DNA from: Eledone cirrhosa
Taxonomy: Eukaryota
Assembly (NCBI GenBank): GCA_964016885.1
Contig: OZ024746.1
Location: 36,394,001-36,458,000 of the forward strand
Direction of reading: 5' to 3'
Length of the DNA: 64,000 nucleotides
Shown piece after piece: positions 11,990 to 25,489 of the stretch. A program made the translations under genes and the position numbers. Within the stretch, counting starts at the first letter, position 1. Each line of letters starts with the position of its first letter. Under the pieces are notes generated by a model, which saw only the letters and a list, made by a program, of their open reading frames with translations, was not told where the DNA came from and searched no databases.

Positions 11990-12765
11990 TTCCATGTCTG
12001 TGGATCTCTAAATTCAGTTTTGATAAAGAAGGTACTATGAAGGGATTTTTTCATGAAGGTTGCTCTTCCTCCTTGTTGTTATTTCCACCGTGGACATCCC
12101 CTGGTCTATTGTCTTCTCCTTCAGTACAATTTTGAGCATTGGCTCCTTACTGTCACGTATTTGTGCAGGTTGTTTTCCTCCATCTGAACACAGTCATCTA
12201 TGCTGATAAGACCTTTACCACCTTCAGATCTCTTTAAGTGGAGTCTATCGAGATCACTCCGCTTGTGGAACATGTTGTCAATAGCTTCCTAGGCTTCCTA
12301 TACATTTCTTTTTGTTCAGCAACATTCCATTTCAGAATTACCGCACTGTTCCTAATAATATACACAGCTTTTGAATTCAATGCACTTATGACATTCCTAC
12401 TATTTAGATGTAATTTTAATACGCTCCTTAATCTCCTAATGTACTCAGATCTTATCAATTCCTTCATGTTTTTGTTCTTGATGTCATCTGCTTCCAGAAC
12501 ACCTAAATATTTGTATCCTTCTTCAGTGTCAATTTCATTTACCATATCACCTGTTGGTACCTGGATTCCGTTGATTCTGCTCAATTTACCCCTCTTCATC
12601 ACTAGGACTCCACACTTATTAATACCAAATTCCATACATATATAATTGCTGAAAATACGGACAGTGACAACAAGTACATCCAACTCCTCCTCACTCTTCC
12701 CAAAGAGTTTAAGATCGTCTATGGAAGAAGAGGTGGTTAATGGTAAGCTCTCCTTTTCACAACTT
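11990..12765 (-). mobile_element. R4/Dong-like LINE reverse-transcriptase fragment
   Basis: MEFGINKC...YKYLGVLEADDIK...EYIRRLRSVLK (RT C-terminus/thumb), preceded by degenerate NHLFF.DDLKLF. Confidence 0.8.
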
Positions 12766-12769
12766 GTAT

Positions 12770-12805
<36 letters not shown>

Positions 12806-13258
12806 GTTCTTTGAGTGTCAGTCATTGATGTTATTTAACTGGAAAGTTTGTTGAAATGAATATCAAGCCGCTATCTACAGCCTCAGATATTCAGGACGTA
12901 TCGGAGGGTTCTTGCTGTTCCCAGCAAGCACGCCTTTTGAAGTGTTCCAAAATGCTGGTCTGGACTAAACTTCTTTAACCATCCTTGGAAACACTTTGAG
13001 ATAGTACCTCGTGCGCCTATGGCAATCGGGACGACCTTGATTTCATGGTAGTTCCAAATACTGTTTAACTCCCTCTTAAATCCTGGTAACCGTTAATTTT
13101 CTCACTCTCCTTTTCTTGCACTCTCGTGTCAAATGGGCAGGCTACATCTACAATCAAGCACGATCTTTTTTCCTTGTCCAAAACCACAAGATCAGGCCTA
13201 TTGTGTTATAATTTCTTGTCCGTCTCTATCCTAAAATCCCATAGCAGCTTCACCCAAT
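12770..13258 (-). mobile_element. R4/Dong-like LINE 3' end (restriction-like endonuclease + (TAA)n tail)
   Basis: Minus strand reads KLLWDFRIETDKK..NRPDLVVLDKEKRSCLIVDVACPFDTRV (PD..D motif), LQKACLLGTA, then (taa)n at 12770-12805. Confidence 0.85.
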
Positions 13259-13899
13259 GGTTTTATTCTTCTTCTTCCTCTTCATATTATTTTTATTGCT
13301 GTCGTTGTTGTTACTGTTATTGTTGTTGTTGTTGTTGTTGTTGTGTTGTTGTTATTGTGTTTTCTGAGTCTCTCGAAACATGGCACATATCGCCGAAATA
13401 TACTCATTGCCTACGTCTTTTTCAAACATTTTTCTCTAAACATTGTATATTATTTTTAGATTAAACCAACCATCTCAGTAGTAGCCGTAAAAGGAAATCA
13501 TTATGTTTTCTTCACGCACAAAATCGACATAAGCTTTGATAAAAATAGAACACATAAATTAAGAAAAGAGAGAGGAGCCGGTAACCACAACAACAACAAC
13601 AACAACAACAACAGATCTGCATTGGATAAATGTGAAGACGTTTCCCGTTTTTTTTTAAAATACAAGATTGACACTGGCGCCACATTCTCAAAATAAAAAT
13701 AATAAAACTAACACAAATTACACCACTAGTGTAGCTCACTCAAAAATAACAACAGCAATAATAACAACAACAACAATTAGAAGAATAATTCATACAAACA
13801 CAACAATACGTTAGCAGATAGCGCTGCTAGAACATAATACATTATTTAGGTAAAAGTCACACTTTTCGCTATAGTTACCAAACTGATCAATCTAGAGGA

Positions 13900-15330
13900 A
13901 ACATGGATTAACGTAGACTTCAAACTACCCGACGTGGTAACAGAAATGTTAAACAAATTTGATATATCTAAACGTGCGTCGAAAAATATGAAACGGCCGT
14001 AAACACCAATTCAAGCAGCCTCTTCTCCAACACAACGGAGAGATAATGAGTTTATTCTAGTGGTGTCCTATTTTGACAAAAGATTGACACAGTTCGAAGA
14101 GACCCACATGCAAAATAACAACAAATATTTGGCAATAGCTGCTTCAGAAGTATCAGATGAAACTGGTCAGGAAAAGAGGCGACTCTTCTTATTTAAACAA
14201 ACGAAAAGTACTGAGATCATATCCGATATAATACAATTCGTAAACGACAGCAGTTACTTGAAGCATAAGCAACAGTTCCTGGTGCTTAGACGCGGGTTAT
14301 AACGGGGGCAATATTATAAAGAGAAGCTAGTTCGCGTTGAAATAACCAATTACAGTAAAATCGATATGGTTTATAAAAGAGAAGTGGTACATAAAATATG
14401 ATAGAGAGCGAGATAGTAAGCAAGTAAACGAGGTATTGAGGGAAGGCCACAGATCTGGCGCACTGGTGGTGACATTAGCCTACGATAAATTCCTAAATGA
14501 CCGACTAGAATAATGAGTGGTTAGATCTAAATAGAATAATGTTTGACAATAACGGACACAGTCCGTTTGATGGACTAGAGTTGCAGAGGCATGCCTTGCT
14601 CAGAATTCCACAATCTGGTTTTTGGTGGACCAAGACGGCGCATATTACTCGATCTCAGAAGGATTTGTTCGGCTTTGTAACGATAGTTTCCTGAACTGCT
14701 AGTGTAGACTGGTGGCTGACGTCAGTGACTACTTCACGTACATATCAGGCTACTTTGGCGATTTTATTTATATATCTTCTGCAAATGTCAGTAGAAAAAG
14801 AGAATATCCAGTTCTATGAGACAAAGAGCAGTGGCGCGTCTGAAAATGGACCTGAAAAAGGAGAATCATATTGAAAATGGTAATGCCATAATTCCTCTAA
14901 ACGCAAAGTTCGCAATATTTTCCAATGTATTTGCAGAGAGCGTTGCGCTTGAAACCGGTTTGCAGATATACCAGATAACCGATGTGCAGATATGCCATTC
15001 CAAACTATCCACTCGCGACAATGTTCGATAGGCCTAGCAAGAGTATCTGGTGGCAGTACAGATGGCAGCCGGGTTTATATCCGTTTTCAGAGGATAGATC
15101 GATGCAATATCATAGCTACTGGGCGGTCACCCTCTACGAACACGTATCGCAATTGTTAAACGTAGTGTGGTCGGTCCACCAATTTGGCTCCTTTCCCCCT
15201 TGCTGAACGTACGTAAACCAGCACCATTATTACAAAAATTGGTATCTTTCAAGGGCATCTCATGCAAACTGTAATACCTCAAATTTATGTCCGGATATAC
15301 CGTGGTGACTTTCAGCACAAAACACATCCA
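13900..15330 (+). mobile_element. Highly degenerate DIRS/Ngaro-like retroelement remnant (tentative)
   Basis: Scattered peptides resembling gag (YFDKRL..FLFK), RT and RNase H/MT regions (QLLNVVWSVHQF); many stops. Confidence 0.3.
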
Positions 15331-17041
15331 TGTGGAAGGTAATCTTCTGGGAGAGGATATGTCGTTGACAAGAGCTGCGCGAATGGGGAAATAGCTGTCG
15401 AAACGGCTTTAGCTCTGCCGTCGGGGTCTTGAAGATTTTGCTATATATATATATACATATATATTTACATATATTTGACAAAAGTTGGCGAAAACAAAAA
15501 AGATACAAGTTTTATCATTTTTCATCATGCTGACATCAATTAATTATTACATGATTTCGTTTGAAATCTATACGTGATACGTTAACGTAAAAAAAACATA
15601 TTATACATTAATAAATTGTTCAGAGCAAAATTTGATCTTAAAAGGTTTGATGTTTATCAAGGAGAACTAGAAATCTTTTCCTTATAGTATATGTTAGTAT
15701 CGTATAACTTATTGAATTACCTTAAATACGTGAAAAAACAATTTAGTTACAATTTTGTTCTACAAAAGATATGTGTACGTATCTTTCTATTAAACAACAC
15801 ATTACTTTGCAATATATATATTGGAAATCATGCTTGTTGATTTGAGACCTCTCTGTAGTATTAAGCTCTAATTTCATGTTGTGTATTCACAATACCTTTT
15901 TACGCCTGTTTATAAATCATGAGATAAACGTGAAACACTTAGTCGTTTCATTATATAGAGATGATTCACATATATTTATGAATTTAATAACATATGAAAC
16001 TAGTTAATTTAACAGCGTTTGTTTTGTCAGATGGATCCCATAGATGCCAATGATAACTTAGAACCATTAGACTATTCTGACCATGAACCATTTGCAATAA
16101 CTGGGAGGATAGAAAACAGAGACTCTACAGACTTAACGTCATATCTGAATTTATATTATTATAGCCAATGTAAAAATTGCAGATGATGATGATGTGTATG
16201 CTTTGTCTCTATAGGAAAATAGGACGTTAACAATATCTACCCTTATAATAATATATTCGATTAGTAATAATATTAGCTTTCTTCATGTAAGCGAATAAAT
16301 ATTATAATACGCTCAGTTTATAATAAAAATTAATACAGAAACAACGTAGTGGAAATTATGTAATTGATGCACGAATCATATTCAATAGATTTACTAAACA
16401 ATATATATTTGGGGAGGTACGAAAAACATGGGAGATCTGTGCGTTGCTGATATTCATAACACCTTACAACACTTTATTAATTATTAATCGATAATTATAT
16501 AAATGCGGCGTCCGTTACTAACAACTTTTTTTTTTCATAATATACATTAACAAGCAAAACGAAAACTTACATCGAAAACTGTTGATGCTTGGATTGTGTC
16601 ATGTAATTCAGTTTCAAGCAGGATTATAACGCAGTAGGATATTGAATATTACCTTTGTGAAAAGATATTCTAAAGTGCAAAAGCTTAAGCGGCGAATGAA
16701 TAATCATTGTTGACAGAACGAAAATGCAATATAGGTAATGCATATTGTTTAATTAAATTAAATAAAGTAAGCATTTAATATTATACCAAACGTTATATGT
16801 AAATCAATCATATATTTATTGTTCTGTCATCGAAACTTGGATCTATTGCAACTGGTTTGACTTGTAGTTAACAAAAGATATTTAATATATATGAATAAAA
16901 CGAACGTACATTTCATTGTATTTACACACGCGCACCCACAAACCTATGTATATACGCGTTAAACTAATATATTCTTTCCGTGTACTGTGCCGTATGTTTT
17001 GTAATTCTGTTTACATTTTACACATATACCCCCCCCCCCCC

Positions 17042-17087
<46 letters not shown>

Positions 17088-17433
17088 GTATATGAATGAT
17101 AAAGCAGTGCAGAGATTATCAACTTATGAAAATGAAATAAATAAATATAAGTTAATCAGTCGTATGCAATGTACACAGATTAATACTCAATTGATAAAAT
17201 CAGTCCCTCTAAGTGAGAGTAATTGTAAACATGCACAACTAATATTTTATTAGGTGTGTCCATTAAAAGTGTATGATGGATAAAGGAAATGCGTGATTCG
17301 GAAATATTTCCTGTTGTAACTCACTCAACTTATTTAACTATTACTTATGGGTGTCTGCATTATGCTGAACCTGTTAATGAATGTATACAGGGGCCAGTCG
17401 TCTAAGAAACAATACCACGCGTTCGGCCGAACC

Positions 17434-17767
<334 letters not shown>

Positions 17768-17860
17768 TATGCATCTGTGTATATATATGTTTCTAGATAT
17801 ACTAATTCTTTATATATATATATATATTTATAACAAAGGAATTGTGGTAAGGAGCCAGAT

Positions 17861-17973
<113 letters not shown>

Positions 17974-17983
17974 AACGAGTAGG

Positions 17984-18079
17984 ACCCCGACTGCTGTGCT
18001 CAAGCCGTTTCGACGGCTAATTCTGGACTAAATGAACATTTTTATCCTGGTACATGAATAGCCGAGCTTCTCAGGGGGC
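17984..18079 (-). ncRNA. Hammerhead-like motif in 3' pLTR of PLE family 1
   Basis: gcccc-CTGAGAA-g..cggctattc..gaattagccgtc-GAAA-cggct..agcag-TC-ggggt; duplicates at ~36179-36274 and ~51945-52040. Confidence 0.6.
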
Positions 18080-18762
18080 AATTCCATGTATGGTAAAAGT
18101 AGTTGTCACAAGGATTGGTCAAAAGTTTGTCGTTGAGACAATGATTCTATCATGGCATTTTGTGGAAGGAAGGGATAGCTGAACTTGCCAGTAGAAGAAA
18201 GAGGGAGAGGGGGTGGAGGAAACCCAGTCGTTCGTTGATAGTGCCAACTACAGAAGAATCCTAAGGATAAGAGGTCAAGAGAAGTATAGTAGGGAGGGGG
18301 GGGAGGAATTCAAAACAATAAGTAAATCAATATGGAGTAAATATATAGAAGAATAATAAGAATGTTAAAAATATAAAAAAAACAATTTCTGATTACTATT
18401 CCCCTACCACAATCATCAAGTCTCTCATTGGTACTGCTAAACTATAGAAAAATGTAATAGGTGGGACGAAATACTAAATACGAGATTGTAGTGAAAGAAT
18501 TTTATGAGTTAGTAGTAATCATCCAAATCTATCTTACAGTGACAGATCAACAAGTTGGGGGGCCAAAATAGTAAAGAAACTACTCCGAAATAATAATTCA
18601 GAGTCCCGAAACTAATACGAAATAATAATTCAGCATCCCGAAAAAGAATACAAATACGATACATAAGAGTACAGCTACGATACATACATTCTAATACAAA
18701 CTACATAAATGCTCGTACGATATATATGAAAAAATTAATACGAAACATTAATTCAGAATCCC

Positions 18763-18794
<32 letters not shown>

Positions 18795-20739
18795 AAAAAT
18801 ACTGATATACGAGAAACTAAAGCAGAGATACCACTAAGAAATCTAGACAACACGGAAATGGGGCAGCAATCGGATAAGAAAGCAAGTATCTGGGGTCTAT
18901 CACATCTGCTATAAAAAGCGGAGTCGGCCAATTCTATCATAGAATAGAGGATGGGGTGGGGGTACTGAGGCTACAAAGGACCGAAGGGCTGCCCCGGGGT
19001 GGGCGAGAAAGTGAAAAGTACAACGACAAAGAAGGAGAACTGGGATGGAAGGACTAGGAAGGGATGGGGGGAAGAAGGAAATATAGAGGAAACGCTAAAA
19101 ACTATATAAGAAAATCTTACGTCTACCTTTGCAAGCAGGGGTTACCCATTACGAAGTCGGCAAGTGGGTTGTTACAGCCCTTGTATACCCCCCCCCCCGG
19201 GTCATTATGGGATTTGAGGGCGAGGTAAGTTCTACGCAAAATGTGCATGCAGTTACCAGTTTGTCTTTCTTGTTTAGGAGTTGTTCCGTCGAAAACAGCA
19301 TTTGTAATGTTTCCTCCGAGCATAAATTACACGGACGGCGGCCTCGCGTGTAAGAGTTTGCTCTGGACAGGAAGCACCAAGTGAGATCATAGGTTATATT
19401 GTTATCTTTGAAGTTCCAGATGTGGCCCGAAAGTGTGGTGGGGTGACGCCGGGCCGGCTTTCGGAAATTATGTCTATGTTGGTATAGCCAGGTCTTGAAA
19501 TCACAAGCGGTTAATCCTATATAAGCTTTGATGGAGGTGTCCGTCCTCACGTTGCACTGGTAGATCACATTACGATCTCTGCATCTGATGTCGAGGGGTC
19601 AAATGGATCCATCAGGGCAGTTGCACCTCCTGGTCGGCTTTCCACTGCTATTTAGGTTATTTCTTACATAGGGGTTGAGTTTTTTGTTGTTAGCGGAGAC
19701 GATAATTTGTGTAAAGTTAGGTGTGGGGCTGTAGGAGAGTTTGATCGTATTTTTGTTGATTATGTTGTGGTAGAGGTGTTTTAGTGGGAAGTGTTTTTCG
19801 ATGAGCCTAAAGATGATTTTCCCGATAGGTGTTGTCGCCTCGGCGTTGTGGGGAGGATTGAACCATGTTACGTTGCTTGAGCGGCGGCATCGCCTGCTGG
19901 TCCCGCTATTGGAAGCTGGACAGTAGGATATTTCCTCCCGGAAGCCACTCCGCTTAAGGGCCTTTTTGTAATAAGGCGCATGTTCCTCGAATATCTGCTC
20001 ATTAGCAGAAAAAACTAGATATGCGGAGGGAGGTATTTTTAACCAGGTTATTGGTGACGCTTCTAGGGGGTTTGACCGGCGGTGGATGAGGTGCAGGTTG
20101 TCATTGGGTTTCCTGTATGGGTAGTAAAGTCATTACCGATGTCAAGGGTAACGTCCAGGAAGTTTACTCGGGTTAGGGACGTGTGTAGGGTTATTTTAAA
20201 TCCCCAGTCGCGGAAGAAGCTGATTAATTGTTTACGGACCCGGTCTGTACTACTGGGGTTGTACCTTTAAGGTTAAGGAACCCATCATCACGGTACAATC
20301 CAGCGCCGAATGCAGGAAATATATCGGTGAGTTTAACTAGTAGGAATAATTCTAATAAGATCTGTGACCTCAGCCGAATCCGTCGCGCCCATACTGACGT
20401 CGAAGGTGGAGTCGGAAGCTTTCTTTATCGATTTGAAGTTGTCGAAAAGTAGGACTATCTTCCTCGCGTGGAGGATGATATTTCTTTCCTGGTCGGTAAT
20501 GGGCGCAATTGTCTCGGCAAAGTCGAAGGCGGCCGGAAGGAGCGGTTAGGTAATTGAAGCATATTAACTCTGTATGTCAAACTGGATGAATTTTGTCTCT
20601 CGCTTGTCCTCCATATTGCTGAACCATGAGAAAGTTCAGCTACCCCTTCCTTCCACAAAATGCCATGAAAGAATTATGTGTCTCAACAACAAACCTTTGA
20701 CCAATCCTTGTGACAATCACTTTTACCATATATGGAATT

Positions 20740-20835
20740 ACCCCCTGAGAAGCTCGGCTATTCATGTACCAGGATACACATTTTCATTTAGTCCAGAATT
20801 ACCCGTCGAAACGGCTTGAGTTCAGCCGTCGGGGT
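20740..20835 (+). ncRNA. Hammerhead-like motif in inverted pLTR of PLE family 1
   Basis: acccc-CTGAGAA-long helix II-GAAA-cggct tgagttc agccg-TC-ggggt; predicted GUC site at 20830; duplicates ~38930-39025 and ~54699-54790. Confidence 0.65.
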
Positions 20836-20957
20836 CTTACTCGTTCCTATTACCCACTCTACTACCCTACATATTGAGTACGTTGGTGCGTTATGGTCCA
20901 TCTGGTTCCTTACCACATTTCCTTCGTTATATATATGTATATATATATCTATATATG

Positions 20958-21019
<62 letters not shown>

Positions 21020-21049
21020 TGTGTCTGTGTGTATGTGTCTGTGTGTATG

Positions 21050-21118
<69 letters not shown>

Positions 21119-21122
<4 letters not shown>

Positions 21123-21665
21123 CAGAATTTAACCTCGAACATAACTGTATACGAATATATAGTTAAATTTCGCATTTCTAAAAATTATGGCATGGTATGT
21201 TTATAAATATGCATTTAGAAACCTGTAGTTCCACAACCATAACTACGCAAACCCACTAGCTGCTATCGTCACCTAGCGGTGCCCAGCGGCAGCAAGGGGG
21301 ACAGTTTTCGACCCATTTTTAACTCGACTGCTACTTGTCAGTACAATCTCACCCGCACTTGCTGGCGAGAATATATCATTTTCTCGTGTGTGTAAATGAG
21401 TGGATTCATCTATTTTGCATATGAAGCTGTACAAGTTGGCTGCACTTATAATAGAATAGAATCAGAATTTAGCTTTCGAATATAAGTGTATCGAAATATG
21501 TATTTGAATACGTTTTCTTTTAAGAAATACGGTATGTTTATAAATGAACATTTAAAAAGCCGTAGCTGTGCAAAAGCACTGGCAGCTAACGCCAGCTAGC
21601 GGTGTCAAGCAGGAGCAGGGTGGGGGGTGGGGCAATCGTCAATGTATTTCGAACTCAACTGGTTA
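21119..21665 (+). repeat. Old diverged tandem duplication (period ~340 bp), each copy with a CTCF-like motif
   Basis: gaatcagaattta...ggtatgtttataaat...cg(t/c)ca(c/g)ctagcggtg at 21119 and 21460. Confidence 0.75.
21267..21281 (-). promoter_or_regulatory. Candidate CTCF-binding motif A (also 39407-39421, 55200-55214)
   Basis: Reverse complement caccgctaggtgacg resembles CCASYAGRKGGCR. Confidence 0.35.
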
Positions 21666-22404
21666 CAAAATTCAAGTATATACATTTATATATTAAATGA
21701 CAAAAATATCTGCAAAACGTTTGACACCCAGATATGCTAGCTCTGTTGAAAAAATGTGGAAAATGTAGCCCACAAGGTTAGTGGTTGCAAGAGATATGGG
21801 TAAAACAATACAAGCTCCGCCATCATAAAGTCTAGAATTCCCTTTATTTGCTTCTGTGTCGTAAAATTCAATACTGCGTCATTGCTAATTGGTATATAAA
21901 TGCTTCTTGTAAGGCAATGTTGGTGGATGTGAAAGTAACGATATTCTGAGATATTCTAAGATTATTATGTTTAAACTGATAGAGTAATTAGTCATCGCTA
22001 ACACCAAATTATTGTGTTAAACATAGAAGACAAATACTTTCAAATCATAAAAGTGCTCATACCAACTGCCAAGAGTAGTGTGAGTAAGAAATTGGAAAAA
22101 AAATCATCAAATACTCTGAATTGAAAGAGAGGCTGGCAAGACTATTTGGGTTTTGTGAAAGGGATACATGCTGCGATACGAAAATTACGGTCAATGCCAC
22201 CGAAACTTCAAGATGACTTAAAGCAACTGGGAATATCATAATAGTTGGGTATACTATAAACAGGGGTTTGGCTAGGTACTGCGCTTATTTTAAGGAAAGT
22301 GTTATATACCTGAGGTACACGTTGTTACTTGACAGTTGACAAAATAGCCAGTACATTATCCATTTGAACTTATTGACAGAGCGATAATAATAATTGGTTA
22401 TACA

Positions 22405-22570
22405 TTTGGCACAAGGCCAGCAATTATCCCAGTGCACTACTGGTACATTAATTTAACGACCCCGTAATGTAACCTCGGCAGGATTTTAACTCAGACGGTA
22501 ATAGGTCGTAACTCTATGATGCAAAGCATAGCGTCCGACCCTCTACCGTTACTGCCAACCCAACGCGCTT
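22405..22570 (-). mobile_element. SINE (octopus-type), also at ~40545-40710 and ~56338-56503
   Basis: tttggcacaaggccagcaatt...actggtac...cctcggcaggattttaactcagac is the reverse complement of the 6199-6348 family. Confidence 0.75.
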
Positions 22571-23942
22571 AATAATAACGATGTTGTTTTGGTTTTCTAC
22601 ATATCTAAATCAATTGTGATATAGATTTTATTGATATAGATTTTATTGCAAATGGTATATCCCGCTATCAGTAAGTATGGCTCAAATATTACATTTTTTA
22701 TTTAGCATTTATATTCAAAAAGAAAATGTTTAGAAGTAAACCACTATGCCTACAGTAAACACAACAGCCAAATAACTGCAATTTCACCAACACCCCACCA
22801 GCAACCATGCATAATAATAATTATTATTATTTTATCTTAAGATTTCTCAGAATGTTTAGTTAAAAATATTAAGGAAGGTTGTCAATATGTTTATTAAATA
22901 TAAGTAACAAACCACAAAACTAATGAACGGAACCTAGACAAAATAATAAATAACAAAATTCATCAAATAAAGACAACGTTGTAATTGTCTATATAAATTA
23001 AGTCGAGACAAACAGACAACAACAACGCCATAACTTCAAAAACACAACCCCAACTCCACCACCACTACCACTCCATAATTGCCACTATCACTACTACCCC
23101 ACAAGCTTCTGTTAACTTAAGAAAATATAACATACAATTTGCTGAGAACGAGAGGGAAGTAACACTAGACAAGAGGAGAAAGGAAGAAGCTTCAAAATGT
23201 TATCAAAACTGACAAAATGAACCGGTTAAAATGAAATTTTGAACATCTCGATATTAACAGCTACAATTGCACACATATACCCCCCCCCACATACACAAGA
23301 GAACTCCGCATCCCCCCTCCGGAAATATTATTTTAAATATACGCAACTGTACGTTAAAACTTTTACTTATTCAGTTCAGAGTTAAATTCAGAATCGCTAT
23401 TCCTCGTTAAAATATGGGTTTATCGCTATTCTTCTTTAAAATATAACGTTTATTTAGTTAATCCGTATTAAATACGTATTAATTATAAATTTGATGAGGA
23501 TATGTTGCTGAATTCTAACAAATATTTTGCTGTAAGGATGTGTAATCCCTTGTTTAAATCATTAAGATATCGTTTCAAAATTGTAATTTATATTACCGAG
23601 CTAAATGAATTAAGTACACCAACCGAAAGTGTTGAGTTATTGTGTTTTTGTGAAGAATGAACACATATTTTATAGTATTTCGTTCTATATACAGATTCAT
23701 TAAATATAGCAATCAATGCTAGTTTATTTGAGGTATGTTCATTTACTGAATTGGTATCACTGATATTTGCATTACATAATACAATGATTTAATTAGCAAC
23801 TATTGACATTTGAGATAGTGACTCCCATATAACCCCAATGACATACCATTTGAATCTTCAATGACAATTGAGGCATTTGATATTATTGATAATGAAGAAT
23901 CGCGACAGGAATTGATGATGATGAGAACGATTTTATTATGTA

Positions 23943-24853
23943 CTAGCAGTAAAGCCCGGCGTTGCTCGGGGTCGCTCAGTAGCTGTGATAAAGTTACAAT
24001 GTTAAGTTTCTTTCTTGGCTTAAAAACTGTAGTGTCTACTGTGCAGACTTGCATGTGGTGTTTTTGATTAATATTCCCTCAACCAACAATATGCCTTATG
24101 AAGTTAAGAAAACATAACGATAACCCGAATGTTATAACAAAAGAGGATGCTGGGGATAGAAACTGCACTGGTTATTTATTAACAAAGATCGAAAATGTAA
24201 ACACTGCAACGCAGAGAAAAACATTAGCGTAACCAAATTATCAGTTATGTCTGTCTGCACGCCTATATCACCTCTCTGCACGACTGTCTGTCTGCACGCC
24301 TATATCACCTCTCTGCACGACTGTCTGTCTGCACGCCTATATCACCTCTCTGCACGACTGTCTGTCTGCACGACTGTCTGTCTGCACGCCTAACGACGAA
24401 ATATTTGCTTGTTTTACGTAGTCTTTAAATAGACTTGTTTTCAAGTAAAAATATTGTTTTAAAATGCTTTTAAATGGAAATGAAGCAAAACGGAAGCTTA
24501 GTGTTCGAACTGATGAATTTTGCAGGTCAATATTGTGCTGGCTCGACAACTGTTCGTGTATTGTGTTAATGTCATTTTAAACGCTGAGAAAGCCAGCGTA
24601 TTTTTTTACGTAAGACGCTCAATGTAAACAGAACAAAGGGAAATAACTGATAACTTACGCTCAAAAATCGATACATTATATTCGATTTCGTCACATAGGG
24701 TGGGTCAATTTGAAATATTTTTTTTCCGATGTCTTCGCTAAGGCTCAATGTACAAGTATAGCAATTTCGGTGCAATTCCGTCAGAGATTCTAAGAGGAGA
24801 TGTGTGCCAAAAATCGATAGACAGACAGACAACCACAGTTTTATATATATAGA
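23943..24853 (-). mobile_element. Non-autonomous Helitron, 911 bp
   Basis: Minus strand starts TC, ends cccgagcaacgccggg hairpin + CTAG, inserted between A and T without TSD; empty site at 57893/57894. Confidence 0.92.
24248..24390 (+). repeat. 37-bp minisatellite inside Helitron
   Basis: tgtctgtctgcacgcctatatcacctctctgcacgac x3 plus partial units. Confidence 0.9.
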
Positions 24854-25075
24854 TAACGACGCTGATTAGGATGAGAGTGAAAACTATGATGATGGTTGTA
24901 ATAATGATGAAGATGTTGCTGCTGTTTCTGCAGTTATCAATTGATGATACACAGTATAAAGGAAGGAATTTACGTTCACTCCTTCATACATTATATATTC
25001 TTGAATTTTTAATAAGATACTTGCCTGTAACAGCTCATCACATTGATGTGTTCGTTCACAGATTTAGAAATACTC

Positions 25076-25114
25076 AGTCTCTGAAGAACACTTAAAAGGC
25101 CGAAAGTTGAGACT
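25076..25114 (+). ncRNA. Minimal hammerhead-like remnant (family D)
   Basis: agtct-CTGAAGA-acacttaaaaggcc-GAAA-gtt-gagact; helix II unpaired; also ~58116-58154. Confidence 0.35.
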
Positions 25115-25489
25115 CTCTATATAAAAGTATAACGACTGATGATATATTGAAGCAGAAAACGACATGTACTGTCACTCACCTTAAGGAATGATTCTTCACC
25201 GACCTGTGGCCCCTGCCCTGAGGCACTTTAACCCATCACAAACATTAACAGCAGATGACAGCTTGAAAAGCAGTTTAGCGTTGAATTTTACGAATCACAT
25301 AATGGGATACAGTCAATATAAATGGTGGTGGTGGGGTGCTTATGAATGTATATCCTATAACATTACATATGTAATAATAGGGTGAAGACTCATTATATAT
25401 ATACATATATGTTACATCGAAGTTGACCATACGGAAGGACCAGTTCTATCCAGTGGTGAACCAACAATCCTAAATAATATACATATATA

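Noticed and set aside
24248-24390. 37-bp repeats resembling a CRISPR array
   Set aside because: Head-to-tail units without unique spacers, no cas genes, eukaryotic Helitron interior
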